64,000 nucleotides of DNA from an uncultured virus (IMG/VR IMGVR_UViG_3300029286_000014) (Duplodnaviria > Heunggongvirae > Uroviricota > Caudoviricetes): IMG/VR virus record IMGVR_UViG_3300029286_000014; one strand, given 5' to 3'. Positions within the stretch are counted from its first letter, which is position 1. Each line of letters begins with the position of its first letter. This document shows positions 49,434 through 59,737 of this stretch, piece after piece. The translations under genes and the position numbers were made by a program. The notes beneath the pieces were generated by a model. That model was not told where the DNA came from. It did no database searches and was given only the letters and a program-made list of their open reading frames with translations.

Positions 49434-52400
49434 ATGAAATATATAATCACTGGTGATCTACATCTTTCTGCCACAAATTCAGAAAATATGATAGAAGGAT
49501 TACCAGAAAAATTATTTTATACTGGAAATGCTCTTAAAAATATGGTTGAATTTGCATCAAAAAACAATATCCCTAATATTATCATAGGGGGTGATGTTTT
49601 TCACAATAAGTCAATACTTCATGTACTAGCACAAAGTTTTTTCCTTGATTTCATTCGAAACAACACAAATATAACTTTCTATATTATTTCTGGTAATCAT
49701 GATATGTCTAGCAGGTCTGGAAATGGTGTTACTGCATTGAAATGTTTAGATAATGAACCAAATGTTAAAATGTTTCATGAAGCAACATTAGTTAACAATC
49801 TTTATTTTGTTCCCTGGCATCCAGAAAAGATGAATGAAGAAATTAAGAATCCCCCAAAAGGAGCAGACTTTCTTATTGGGCATCTAGGACTAAATGAAGG
49901 GGCATTAAATAGTGGGATTTCAATTGTTTCAGACATTGGTCTTAAAGATGTTTCTAAATATAAACATTGTTTCTTATCACATTACCACAAACCTCAAACA
50001 GTTGGAAATGTAACTTATGTTGGGTCACCAATTCAAGAAGATTGGGGCGAAAGAGAAGATGAAAAAAGATTTATAATTCTTGATACAGAAACAGATAATG
50101 TTGAAAGTATTCCTACAACAGGGTATAAAAAGTTTTATCAGTTTGATTTAACAAAAGAAAATAAAAAAGAAGTTTTGAAACTTGCTGAAAAGCTTAAAAA
50201 AGAAGGAAATGAAATTAAGTTATGCAAACAAGATAATGTTATTGTTTCAGACATTAATGAAAGTTTTATCATAATTGATAAAACAGAAAAAGATATTACC
50301 AATAGAGGTATAGATTCATCAATGTCTGAAGAGGAAAAATTAAAAAAATATCTCGAGATCTCTGAAATCCAGGAATCATCTTTAGACGAATATTTAAGAG
50401 TAGGTTTGTGGATTTTAAATAATGCAGTTGGAACACATGTCACAAAAACATATACATCCAAACTCGATATTAACTTTATAAAAGTTGGAATGGAAAACTA
50501 CAAATGTTATTTTGATGAAATGTCATATCAATTTGAAAATGGAAAAATTTCATTAGTAACAGGGGAAAATGGAAAAGGAAAATCAACAATTTTTGGATGT
50601 ATTCCATATACTTTTTATGGCACAACTCCTGAAGGATTAAAAGGTGAAGATGTTGTAAATAATAAAGTCGGAAAAAATTGTCATACTTATGTTGAATTTG
50701 AAACAAATGGATCAAAGTATAGGGTTGATAGATACACTAATCATACAAAACATGGAAACAATGTCTATTTATATAAAGACGATGAACTCATCAAAAAAGG
50801 ACATCGAGAAGTTGTTCCTGAAATTGAAACCATTTTTATTCCTCAAAAACTATTTGGAAACCTTTTGTTGTATGGTCAAAAAGTTACAACATTCTTTACC
50901 GATCTAACTGATTCTGAACAAAAAGATATCTTTAGAAAAGTATTACAACTTGATAAATATGATGATTATTATTCATTTACTAGTGAAACATTAAAAAATA
51001 TACAATCAAGACTAACTAGTATTGAGAATGAAATTTCAGCAAAAACAGAAATTATTTCTGAATACACAGAAAAACTTGAAGATTTAGAATTAAAGAAAAG
51101 AATATTTAACAAGAAGAAAAAAGAAGATGCTGAAGCAATCAATGTAGCTATTTCAGATTTAAAGATTAAAAAAGCTGAACTAGAGAAGGAGTTAAAAAAA
51201 TATTCATCAACAATTGATAAAGATATTGTTGAGTTAGAAAAAGAGAAGAATGCTGTAACATCGAAGAAAAATCAAATTGTAAAAGATAAAAACACAGAAA
51301 TTACAGAATTTACAAATAGATGCCTATTAAAGAAAAGTGAAATTGAAAAAACTTTAGGAGACAAAAAAACATCTATAGTGTCTGAAAAAATGAATCTTTT
51401 AAATAATCTTTTGCAAGAAAGAGTTAAAAATGTTGAATTACTTTCTTCGGAATGTTCAAAATACGAAGCTATTTTAACTGACCTCAATAATAAAACTACA
51501 GCTATTAGCACTGATATTTTGAACTTAATTCATTCATCAGAATCTCTAAAAGAAGATTTATCAAAAGAAGTTGTAATATGTTTTGCTTGTAAACAAGTTG
51601 TTGGTGAAGAGCATCGAAAGAATATTGAAAAAATTCTTGAAGAAACACTTGAAAAACTTTCTTCTAAAAATGAGGAATTATTGGCGCTAAATGATAGTCA
51701 TACAGATAATAATATATTGTATAAAAAAGCACAAAAGAAACAAATTGAAAAAGAAGAAAATTATTTAAAAAAGAAAAAGTTGATAACAGAAGAAAAAGAT
51801 GCTGAGATTGAATCAATTGATTTGAAGATTGAAAATGCATTGGATAAAGTTGATTCAATTCTTGAAGCCAAAACAAAAGAAATAATTTCCAGGTATTCGG
51901 CTGATGAGGATATATATAAATTAAAGATAGAGAAACTGCAGGTAGACATAGAAGAAGTAGAAACAAAGAAAGAAGAAAAAGAAGAAAAAGAAAAAGATTT
52001 GAATAATTTTATTTCTCAAATTTCTTTATTAGCTGGAAAACTTGAAGAAACAATGACAAGAGAATTTGACGATACTTTAGTTAGCGACATGATTGATAAA
52101 CTGGAAAAGTTGAATGGAAAATTTTCTGTTTTAGAAGAAGAAAAGAATGGACTAAAAGAGTCAACTACAGTTTATGAATTTTGGAAAATAGGATTTTCAA
52201 TGTCGGGAATTCCGTCAATGTTAATTGATGAAGCAATTCCATTTATGAATCAAAGAATTTCATATTATTTGAAACAAATCGGTGAAAGATATCAAGTTTC
52301 ATTTGATACGTTATCTCAAACAAAAGGAGGAAATATAAGAGATAAGATATCAGTTAACGTTTTAGATACAGTTACAAAAGCAAATATGAGAAAACAATTA

Positions 52401-52643
52401 TCTGGTGGGCAAACAAGGGTAGTTGATATAGCTACAATTTTCACATTAAGAGATTTACAAAGTTATATACAAAATATGTCTATGAATATTATTTTATTGG
52501 ATGAAATTTTTGATACTCTTGATGAGCGTAACATTAGTTATGTTAGTGATATGTTGAGAAAAATGGTTGGAAATCAAAGCATCAATATAATTTCACATAG
52601 ACATATCGATCAAATTGAAGCTGATGAAATTTATAAGTTATAA
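49434..52643 (+). CDS. Mre11/SbcD nuclease-Rad50/SbcC ATPase fusion (gp47-gp46-like)
   Basis: GDLH, GGDVFH, GNHD, SHYH; then GENGKGKST, Q-loop YGQ, CFAC hook, LSGGQ, LLDEIFDTLD, ISH in one ORF. Confidence 0.92.
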   Translation: MKYIITGDLHLSATNSENMIEGLPEKLFYTGNALKNMVEFASKNNIPNIIIGGDVFHNKSILHVLAQSFFLDFIRNNTNITFYIISGNHDMSSRSGNGVTALKCLDNEPNVKMFHEATLVNNLYFVPWHPEKMNEEIKNPPKGADFLIGHLGLNEGALNSGISIVSDIGLKDVSKYKHCFLSHYHKPQTVGNVTYVGSPIQEDWGEREDEKRFIILDTETDNVESIPTTGYKKFYQFDLTKENKKEVLKLAEKLKKEGNEIKLCKQDNVIVSDINESFIIIDKTEKDITNRGIDSSMSEEEKLKKYLEISEIQESSLDEYLRVGLWILNNAVGTHVTKTYTSKLDINFIKVGMENYKCYFDEMSYQFENGKISLVTGENGKGKSTIFGCIPYTFYGTTPEGLKGEDVVNNKVGKNCHTYVEFETNGSKYRVDRYTNHTKHGNNVYLYKDDELIKKGHREVVPEIETIFIPQKLFGNLLLYGQKVTTFFTDLTDSEQKDIFRKVLQLDKYDDYYSFTSETLKNIQSRLTSIENEISAKTEIISEYTEKLEDLELKKRIFNKKKKEDAEAINVAISDLKIKKAELEKELKKYSSTIDKDIVELEKEKNAVTSKKNQIVKDKNTEITEFTNRCLLKKSEIEKTLGDKKTSIVSEKMNLLNNLLQERVKNVELLSSECSKYEAILTDLNNKTTAISTDILNLIHSSESLKEDLSKEVVICFACKQVVGEEHRKNIEKILEETLEKLSSKNEELLALNDSHTDNNILYKKAQKKQIEKEENYLKKKKLITEEKDAEIESIDLKIENALDKVDSILEAKTKEIISRYSADEDIYKLKIEKLQVDIEEVETKKEEKEEKEKDLNNFISQISLLAGKLEETMTREFDDTLVSDMIDKLEKLNGKFSVLEEEKNGLKESTTVYEFWKIGFSMSGIPSMLIDEAIPFMNQRISYYLKQIGERYQVSFDTLSQTKGGNIRDKISVNVLDTVTKANMRKQLSGGQTRVVDIATIFTLRDLQSYIQNMSMNIILLDEIFDTLDERNISYVSDMLRKMVGNQSINIISHRHIDQIEADEIYKL

Positions 52644-52662
52644 AAATAAAAAGGAGAAAAAC

Positions 52663-52974
52663 ATGGTAAAAGTATTTATTGTTGATGGGTTTACTACAAT
52701 AATTGGTGATATCAAAAACTTTCAAAATGAGACTGGGATTGAGGATTCATTTTATGCTGTTGAAAATCCATTCATTTTGAATATGACTATGAATGAAAAT
52801 AATAAATTAACATATACACCAATTCCAGCAGTTTTGAATAAACAAAATATTGCATATCATATTAATAAAAGTAAAATAATGGTTGACCCTTTTGATCCAT
52901 CTCCAGAATTGGAGCAGTTCTTTTCAACCGTGACAGGATCTATTAAAATTGTTAATTCATCTTTAATTTTATGA
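52663..52974 (+). CDS. hypothetical protein (Sm-like fold possible)
   Basis: AAGGAG RBS and ATG 52663; IIGDI..VENPF..P pattern. Confidence 0.55.
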   Translation: MVKVFIVDGFTTIIGDIKNFQNETGIEDSFYAVENPFILNMTMNENNKLTYTPIPAVLNKQNIAYHINKSKIMVDPFDPSPELEQFFSTVTGSIKIVNSSLIL

Positions 52975-52984
52975 GGAGAGGTGT

Positions 52985-53143
52985 ATGAAATATTTATTAC
53001 TTTTTGGAGGTCTGTGGGCATTTCTCTTTATATTAGTGATTGCTTTTCTGAAGGGAGCCCATATAGAAGAAGACGAAAAAGGCAGACCACTATACTACAA
53101 TAATGGAGATAAAAAAAATGCAAAGAATAACAAGTGCAATTGA
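52985..53143 (+). CDS. small membrane protein (52 aa)
   Basis: GAGG RBS; MKYLLLFGGLWAFLFILVIAFLKG. Confidence 0.5.
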   Translation: MKYLLLFGGLWAFLFILVIAFLKGAHIEEDEKGRPLYYNNGDKKNAKNNKCN

Positions 53144-53459
53144 TCTTTTGAAAAAAATAAAGGAAGGAGACGTTGTTTCTATTTATTTTATTAAAAAAGA
53201 TGGAACTGAAAGATTCATGAAATGTACACTGAATTTTTCAAGAATACCAGCAGAACATCGACCTAAGGATGTTAAATTAGAAAATATTCTTAGTATGATA
53301 AAGAAAAATATTCTTAGAGTATATGATGTTGAAAAAGCTGGATGGAGAAGTATACCTGTAGAGAATACACAATTTATAATCTCAAAAAATGTTAAGTATG
53401 AAGTTATGTTAGACAAAAAAGAATTCGATAAAGACGCGAGGTGGGGATATGAGAGATGA
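53118..53459 (+). CDS. SH3/WYL-like beta-barrel protein (DUF2693-like)
   Basis: FIKKDGTERFMKCTLN...VYDVEKAGWRS. Confidence 0.75.
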   Translation: MQRITSAIDLLKKIKEGDVVSIYFIKKDGTERFMKCTLNFSRIPAEHRPKDVKLENILSMIKKNILRVYDVEKAGWRSIPVENTQFIISKNVKYEVMLDKKEFDKDARWGYER

Positions 53460-53664
53460 CACAAGACAAGTTGCAAAAGAAATAACTGAAGTAACAATTG
53501 ATGGTGTGTCAACAATATCAACAACTGTTGTTGATAAATTATCTAAGCTAGGGTTAACAAGAATTGAAGAATTTTTTAATGAATCTAAAGAAAAAGTTCT
53601 TGACATTATTGATGAATATGATAAAGAAGCATCTATCGAAAATGAAACAAAAGAAGGAGAATAG
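53449..53664 (+). CDS. hypothetical protein
   Basis: 71-aa ORF, GAGGT RBS. Confidence 0.55.
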   Translation: MRDDTRQVAKEITEVTIDGVSTISTTVVDKLSKLGLTRIEEFFNESKEKVLDIIDEYDKEASIENETKEGE

Positions 53665-53666
53665 TT

Positions 53667-53882
53667 ATGTCACTAGAAAATGAAGAAGCGACAAAAAAAA
53701 CATCAGTTGAAGGATTACTTTTAGAAATTTTGACCAAACAAAAAACAAAAATTCTGAATGAGTTTGGTGAAATTTCTAAAAAAGATGTTAAATCAATTGT
53801 TGATGCTTTAAGGGAAGAAATGAGAAGAATAATTCAAGAAGAACTTATGTCAGCCCTAGTGAAAATCAAAAACCAGCTTTAA
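53667..53882 (+). CDS. hypothetical protein
   Basis: 71-aa helical ORF directly upstream of RNAP-2. Confidence 0.55.
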   Translation: MSLENEEATKKTSVEGLLLEILTKQKTKILNEFGEISKKDVKSIVDALREEMRRIIQEELMSALVKIKNQL

Positions 53883-53897
53883 AAAAGGAGGGCACAG

Positions 53898-56624
53898 ATG
53901 CCAGTATTATTAGACATCACTGAATTTTGCAAAGATTTACCTGAAGTTAAATCAAAAAATGTAATAACTCGTAGAAAGTTCCATTCAGAAGGAATTCTTT
54001 CTGAACAAATTTTTGGGCCTGTAAAAAACTATACTTGTCAATGCGGAACGTATTATGGATCATCATCTGGTGTTGATAAATGTAAATTGTGTGGTGTGGA
54101 TGTAGCAAAAAGTATTGAAAGAAGAAGAAGATTTGCAAGAATTCATCTTCCTTTTAAAGTTATAAATCCAATTTTTTATGATTTGATTGTCTGGTTGGGG
54201 GGAAAAGAATTAAAAAGACATATTGATACATTATTGAAAAGCGATAAATCTGCATTATATGTAAATACACAAACAAACGCCTATTATGTAAGTGACGACC
54301 ATAGTGAAAAATATTCTTCATCAATTTTTAAGAAATACGAAAAAGATGAAGCAATTCTTAAAATCGTCACACAAATGGCTGAAGACCTCCAAGATGCCCC
54401 ATCGTGGAAATTTGTAAAAGACAATATTGATAAACTTTTGATACAAGATGTAATTGTACTTCCTCCCGATCTTAGACCTACATCAAAATCAACAAAATCA
54501 GATCAACCATCAATTACAGATCCGTTTAATCGTTCATATGTAACAATTTTGACAAAAACAGAAGAAATGAGAAGTACATTATTTGATATTCAAAGGGATA
54601 AAAGATTATTTTATTTTTATTTTAAATTAGTTCAGAGAGAAATTTTTTCAATATATGAATATATTTTATCAAAAATTTCAAAAAAGGAAGGATTGATAAG
54701 AAAACACATACTTGGAAAAAGAATTGATTTTTCTGGAAGAGCTGTAATAACACCGGATCCATTATTGAATTTTGATGAATGTTGCTTACCATACCCAATG
54801 GTTTTGGAGTTATTTAAACTTCAAATTGCAAAAAAATTAATTGAACATGAACGATTCAAATTTATGAATAATGCAATTGAATATGTGGATCAGTGTTCTG
54901 AAATGTCAGATCCTTCATTGTTACCACTCTGTGAAGAAATTGTTGAGGATGAGACATGTTTATTAAACAGACAACCTTCATTGCACAGATTGAGTTTAAT
55001 GGGATTTAAAATTAAAGTTGGACTAGGAAATACAATAAAAATACATCCACTATCATGTTTTGGATTTAATGCTGATTTTGATGGAGATCAGATGGCAGTT
55101 TATCTACCACTATCAAAAGAATCTCAAAAAGAGGTTCATGAGAAATTTTTACCCTCTGTAAATTTATTTAATGCAACAAACCGAACATTAACACAAATTC
55201 CTAGTCAAGATATTATTTTGGGTATTTATTTTCTTACAAATGAAATGATCCCAGACTTAAACATCAAAGTTATGTGTAAAGGGGTTGAAGTAACGAGAGG
55301 AATGAAAATATTCAATGATTGTTTACCTCAGGAATATCCTCTAGTAAATATGGTCATTAGAAAAAATGAGTTATTAGAAATTCTTAATGATGTAACAGAA
55401 AAATTTGATAAAACTGTAACCATCAAAGTTTTAGATTCAATAAAAGATGAAGGATTTAAATATTCAACAATTTTTGGTTGTTCTCTTTCATTAGAAAATA
55501 TTATATCATCAGAAGTTAGAAAAGAAAGAGATAATATATATTCAAAAGAAACAATGAAAGATCAAGTTGATGCCATTTCTAGTAAAGAGACAGAAGCTAT
55601 TTTGAGAAAAGAATTTAAATATTCATACTTAATAGATTCTGGTGCAAGAGGAAGCTGGGATCAGGCTAGACAAATAATTCTTTCTAGAGGATATATTGCA
55701 AATTTTGAAGGTGCAATTATAACAACACCAATAAAAAGTAGTCTTATTGAAGGATTGTCTCATGAAGAATTTTTCTTATCTGCATATGGATGTAGAAAAG
55801 GATTATTGGATGTTGCAATAAATACAGGAGCATCAGGGTATCTTTCAAGAAAACTTATTTTTACATGTGCAAATTTACAAAAAGATGCAGATCTTGATGA
55901 TTGTGGGTGTAAGGAATATCTACCTGTTTATGTTGAGAATTTAAAAAAGGCTCAAACATTATTGTTAAGATGGTGGTTTAATCCTGATACTGAAAAAGAA
56001 GAAATGATTACAAAAGAAGTGTGTAAAGATATTGTTGGGAGACATATAAAAGTTAGATCACCAATTTATTGTTTGAGCGAAAAAATTTGTAATAAATGTT
56101 ATGGTGATTTGTGGAGAGTCTGTAATAGTAGATATGTTGGAATTTTAGCAGCGCAAGCTTTAGGAGAAATTGGAACACAGCTAGTTTTAAGAACTTTCCA
56201 CACTTCTGGTGTAGCCCAAGCAAAAGGACATCAATCGGATGTTCATAACTTAAGACAGATGGATATAATTGGTGATCTATCGACAGCATCCGCCCTTCTT
56301 CACATCCGTGATAAAAATATGTCTCATGTTGATTTAGTAAATAATCTCTACAAAGTTTATGCATCATCAAGATTTGTTCATCATGTTCATTTTGAAGTTA
56401 TTGTTGCCCAATTAATGTGGTATGGTGCTAGAAAGTGGAGATTATATTCAAATAGAGATAAAGTTCAACCAATGTTATATAGTGTTCTTACAGTTCCAGA
56501 AAAAGAAAGTTGGGTCTTAGGATTAGCTTTTTCAAATCCAAAAAAGAACATTTTACGAGGTGTTCTACAAAGTGGATTTTATTCTGGTATTTTGGATACG
56601 ATTCTGTTAGGAAGAAAAATTTAG
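53898..56624 (+). CDS. rpoC: RNA polymerase beta' subunit, copy 2 (non-virion-type, N-terminal Zn finger)
   Basis: CQCG..CKLCG, VLPPDLRP, LGKRIDFSGRAVI, LLNRQPSLH, NADFDGDQM, SGARG, GYLSRKL, GTQLVLRTFHTSG. Confidence 0.95.
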   Translation: MPVLLDITEFCKDLPEVKSKNVITRRKFHSEGILSEQIFGPVKNYTCQCGTYYGSSSGVDKCKLCGVDVAKSIERRRRFARIHLPFKVINPIFYDLIVWLGGKELKRHIDTLLKSDKSALYVNTQTNAYYVSDDHSEKYSSSIFKKYEKDEAILKIVTQMAEDLQDAPSWKFVKDNIDKLLIQDVIVLPPDLRPTSKSTKSDQPSITDPFNRSYVTILTKTEEMRSTLFDIQRDKRLFYFYFKLVQREIFSIYEYILSKISKKEGLIRKHILGKRIDFSGRAVITPDPLLNFDECCLPYPMVLELFKLQIAKKLIEHERFKFMNNAIEYVDQCSEMSDPSLLPLCEEIVEDETCLLNRQPSLHRLSLMGFKIKVGLGNTIKIHPLSCFGFNADFDGDQMAVYLPLSKESQKEVHEKFLPSVNLFNATNRTLTQIPSQDIILGIYFLTNEMIPDLNIKVMCKGVEVTRGMKIFNDCLPQEYPLVNMVIRKNELLEILNDVTEKFDKTVTIKVLDSIKDEGFKYSTIFGCSLSLENIISSEVRKERDNIYSKETMKDQVDAISSKETEAILRKEFKYSYLIDSGARGSWDQARQIILSRGYIANFEGAIITTPIKSSLIEGLSHEEFFLSAYGCRKGLLDVAINTGASGYLSRKLIFTCANLQKDADLDDCGCKEYLPVYVENLKKAQTLLLRWWFNPDTEKEEMITKEVCKDIVGRHIKVRSPIYCLSEKICNKCYGDLWRVCNSRYVGILAAQALGEIGTQLVLRTFHTSGVAQAKGHQSDVHNLRQMDIIGDLSTASALLHIRDKNMSHVDLVNNLYKVYASSRFVHHVHFEVIVAQLMWYGARKWRLYSNRDKVQPMLYSVLTVPEKESWVLGLAFSNPKKNILRGVLQSGFYSGILDTILLGRKI

Positions 56625-56632
56625 GAGGTCTT

Positions 56633-59600
56633 ATGCAATTAGATATAATTAATCCAAACTTCAAGATTGATGAAGAAAATAATATTTTTAATATTAGAAA
56701 GTCTGAATATGATGAAATTCTTCCAACAGTAAGGGAAATTTTGAAGCCAGCTGAGGAAGCTGGCTTTGAACTTACAGACTTTGAGATAAAAGATTCTTTT
56801 TCGCATGAACTAGATCGAACATTGAAAAATAATTTAATTATTAAACTGAAAAGAGGTGAAAGTGAAATTGATTTTAGTATGATGATTCCAAAACTTATTG
56901 ATGATAATTTTATAGTTATAAAAGGAAATAAAAAAGTTCCAATGTTTCAATTGTTCGATACTCCTATTGTTACTAGAGGAGAAAACATCAAAATAAGAAC
57001 TAATGTTTTAGTTTTAATGATTGTTGAAAAGAAAACTGCACCTTATATGTGTCTTTCTCTTCTAGGGGCTGAAGTTCCAATTGCAGCTTTGTTATTTGCA
57101 AAATATGGTTATGAATATATATGCAATACATTAAATTTTAAGAACAATATCATTGAAGAACCAAAAAGTAAATATGAAAAACTCATGGCGGACTTTGTTT
57201 TCTTTGATGAAATGTATTCAACACTATCAGCAAAAGAAATGGAAAATGAAGTAGGTCTTTATTACAATGTTTCAGACACACAGAAAAAAGGTGAGGTTGT
57301 TCTTTATGCTCTTGATATTGCATTGAAAATTGATAAACCAACTGCAAAATTTTTCGAAAGCGATGATATTCTTTCTGAGATTCTGAAGATGATTCAAATT
57401 GATGTGTCAATTGATGACACAGATGTTAAAAATAAAAGATTAAGATGTATAGAATATATGATCTATGGAAGAGTAGCCAAAGCTATATTTGACTTATGTA
57501 TTACTGCATATGGGTCAAAGAAAGTTAAATTTAATATTAATTCCTCAGCAATATTGTCAGACTGTACAATTTCAAATATTGTTGAATATGATTTCTCAAT
57601 AAATCCTATTAATCAATTATCTAGATTGACAAGATGTTCATTGGTTGGGCCTGGAGGATTTTCTAAAGAAAATATTCCTGTTTATTTAAGGGACATAAAT
57701 CCAAGTATGTTTGGAAGAATTTGTCCTGTTGATACTTCTGATCGAGAAAATTGTGGTGTTTTGCAACACATTTTACCAAACGAAAAATTGGATGAAAATA
57801 AAAGATTTACTGATGAACGTTTAGACAAAACACCTATTTCAGTTGCAGTTTCAATGGTTCCATCGGTTGAACATGATGACCCAACAAGACTTCAAATGGC
57901 TGCATCACAAATGAGACAAGCAATATGCCTTTCAGACCCTGATCTACCACTAGTTCAATCTGGGTGTGAAGGATTGTACACTAATCACACAACATTTTTA
58001 CACAGAGCAAAAAAAGATGGTAAAGTTGTTTATGTTGACCCAATGTTTATAATAGTTGTTTATGATGATAACACATATGATGTATTTAATGTTGAAACGT
58101 ATGAAACAACAGAAGAAAATATAAATGTAATGAATGTTATGGTTGAAATAGGGGATGTTGTTAAAAAAGGTGATATTGTTGCTGAAAGCAGTTTTCTTAA
58201 AAATGGAAGAATTTGTATTGGAAAAAATCTTCTTACAGCAGTGATGCCGTATTATGGGTACAATTATGAAGACGCAATTGTTGTATCAGATAGACTTGTT
58301 AAACAAGATATTTTAACATCTGTTCACCATATTGATTTAAGTTTTATTCTTCCAATAAATAAAATTCTTTTGAGTTTAGAAAATGGAATATACAAACCAC
58401 TTCCAACACCAAATCTTTTCATTGAAAATGATGAACCAAAGAAAGATGAAATATATTACAGAAAAAGAAAAAGAGAATTGATATTGAAAGGGCAACCTTA
58501 TGCAATTGTCAAAGAAATACCAGATGACCCACTAAATTATTGTGTTATCTTTGAGGACAGAACACCAATTCTTTCAAAAAGAGATGTGCTAATTACAAAT
58601 GTTGATGTTTATCCGAATAGATATAATGAAGAGATAACACAATTTAAAGATTGGATGGAAGAGAAATTTGAAAATCAACTCAAAAGAGAACGAAAGATTC
58701 AGGAAACAATCAGAAAGTTTCTACCAAAAGAAGAGGCAGGTATTTTTATAAGAGATAATTGTCTTGATAAGTTTGCACAAAGAGGAAAATTCAAATATAA
58801 AGATGAAGTTATCTCGGGAACATTTATTTCAATTCATGGTATATATACTAGAAAGATTGAAGTTGGTGATAAAATTGGAAACCGACATGGAAACAAAGGA
58901 GTTATTTCAAAAATAGTACCACATGAAAAAATGCCAAGACTTGAAGATGGTAGAAACGCAGATATTGTTATAAACCCATTAGGAACAATTTCAAGAATGA
59001 ATGTTGCTCAATTATTTGAGTTACACATTGGAATGTCTGTTCTAGATCTAAAGAAAGAATTATTGAACAGAATTAAAAAGGGGAAATCCCAAAAGTCAAT
59101 TAAAAAGTATTTTCTTGAGTATATAAAAATAATTGACTCAACAAAAGATAATTGGTATTTATCTCAAGTTGGAAAACATCTGGAAACTATCTCAATAGAT
59201 GAAGAATTCGTTAATGATTTAAGTATAATACAACCTCCATTTGAATCTACAACATATGAAAATGTTTTAAAGGCTTGTGAATACACAAACACACCTCTTG
59301 AATATAAAGTTCATGAACCAATTTTAGATATTGATATAGTTAATAAAATTGGTGTTGGGAGTATGTACTTTTTCCGTATGGTTCATATTGCAGAAAACAA
59401 AATAGCTGCAAGAGGAATTGGGTCATACAGTAAAAAGACAATGCAACCACCTGGAGGTAGAAAAAATAATGGCGGACAAAGATGTGGAGAGATGGAAACT
59501 GGGTGTTTTATTGGGCATGATGGTATGGAGAACTTAGCTGAAGTATTAACAACAAAATCTGATTGTATAGATTTAAAAAATAGATATATAAGAGAAGCAA

Positions 59601-59701
59601 TTGGATCAGAATTTGTTAAAGATTCACCAGTTGAGGATACTGTTCCAGAAAGTGTAAAATTGTTAGAAAATTATTTAAAAGTTTTAGGATTAACAATCTG
59701 A
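56633..59701 (+). CDS. rpoB: RNA polymerase beta subunit, copy 2
   Basis: AGGAGG RBS and ATG 56633; GPGG, CPVDTSDRENCG, EHDD..R..MA.SQMRQA, YNYEDAIV, GDKIGNRHGNKG, NPLG..SRMN, GGQRCGEME. Confidence 0.95.
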   Translation: MQLDIINPNFKIDEENNIFNIRKSEYDEILPTVREILKPAEEAGFELTDFEIKDSFSHELDRTLKNNLIIKLKRGESEIDFSMMIPKLIDDNFIVIKGNKKVPMFQLFDTPIVTRGENIKIRTNVLVLMIVEKKTAPYMCLSLLGAEVPIAALLFAKYGYEYICNTLNFKNNIIEEPKSKYEKLMADFVFFDEMYSTLSAKEMENEVGLYYNVSDTQKKGEVVLYALDIALKIDKPTAKFFESDDILSEILKMIQIDVSIDDTDVKNKRLRCIEYMIYGRVAKAIFDLCITAYGSKKVKFNINSSAILSDCTISNIVEYDFSINPINQLSRLTRCSLVGPGGFSKENIPVYLRDINPSMFGRICPVDTSDRENCGVLQHILPNEKLDENKRFTDERLDKTPISVAVSMVPSVEHDDPTRLQMAASQMRQAICLSDPDLPLVQSGCEGLYTNHTTFLHRAKKDGKVVYVDPMFIIVVYDDNTYDVFNVETYETTEENINVMNVMVEIGDVVKKGDIVAESSFLKNGRICIGKNLLTAVMPYYGYNYEDAIVVSDRLVKQDILTSVHHIDLSFILPINKILLSLENGIYKPLPTPNLFIENDEPKKDEIYYRKRKRELILKGQPYAIVKEIPDDPLNYCVIFEDRTPILSKRDVLITNVDVYPNRYNEEITQFKDWMEEKFENQLKRERKIQETIRKFLPKEEAGIFIRDNCLDKFAQRGKFKYKDEVISGTFISIHGIYTRKIEVGDKIGNRHGNKGVISKIVPHEKMPRLEDGRNADIVINPLGTISRMNVAQLFELHIGMSVLDLKKELLNRIKKGKSQKSIKKYFLEYIKIIDSTKDNWYLSQVGKHLETISIDEEFVNDLSIIQPPFESTTYENVLKACEYTNTPLEYKVHEPILDIDIVNKIGVGSMYFFRMVHIAENKIAARGIGSYSKKTMQPPGGRKNNGGQRCGEMETGCFIGHDGMENLAEVLTTKSDCIDLKNRYIREAIGSEFVKDSPVEDTVPESVKLLENYLKVLGLTI

Positions 59702-59719
59702 GGGGGTAAATCCCCCTCA
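59699..59719 (+). other. GC-rich stem-loop without U-tract after rpoB copy 2
   Basis: TGAGGGGG-TAAAT-CCCCCTCA. Confidence 0.55.
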
Positions 59720-59737
59720 ATTTAAAAGGAGAAAAAT

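Noticed and set aside
53449..53882. Omega- or alpha-like RNAP subunits upstream of rpoC-2
   Set aside because: Size and position are suggestive but no recognisable motif; needs structure prediction
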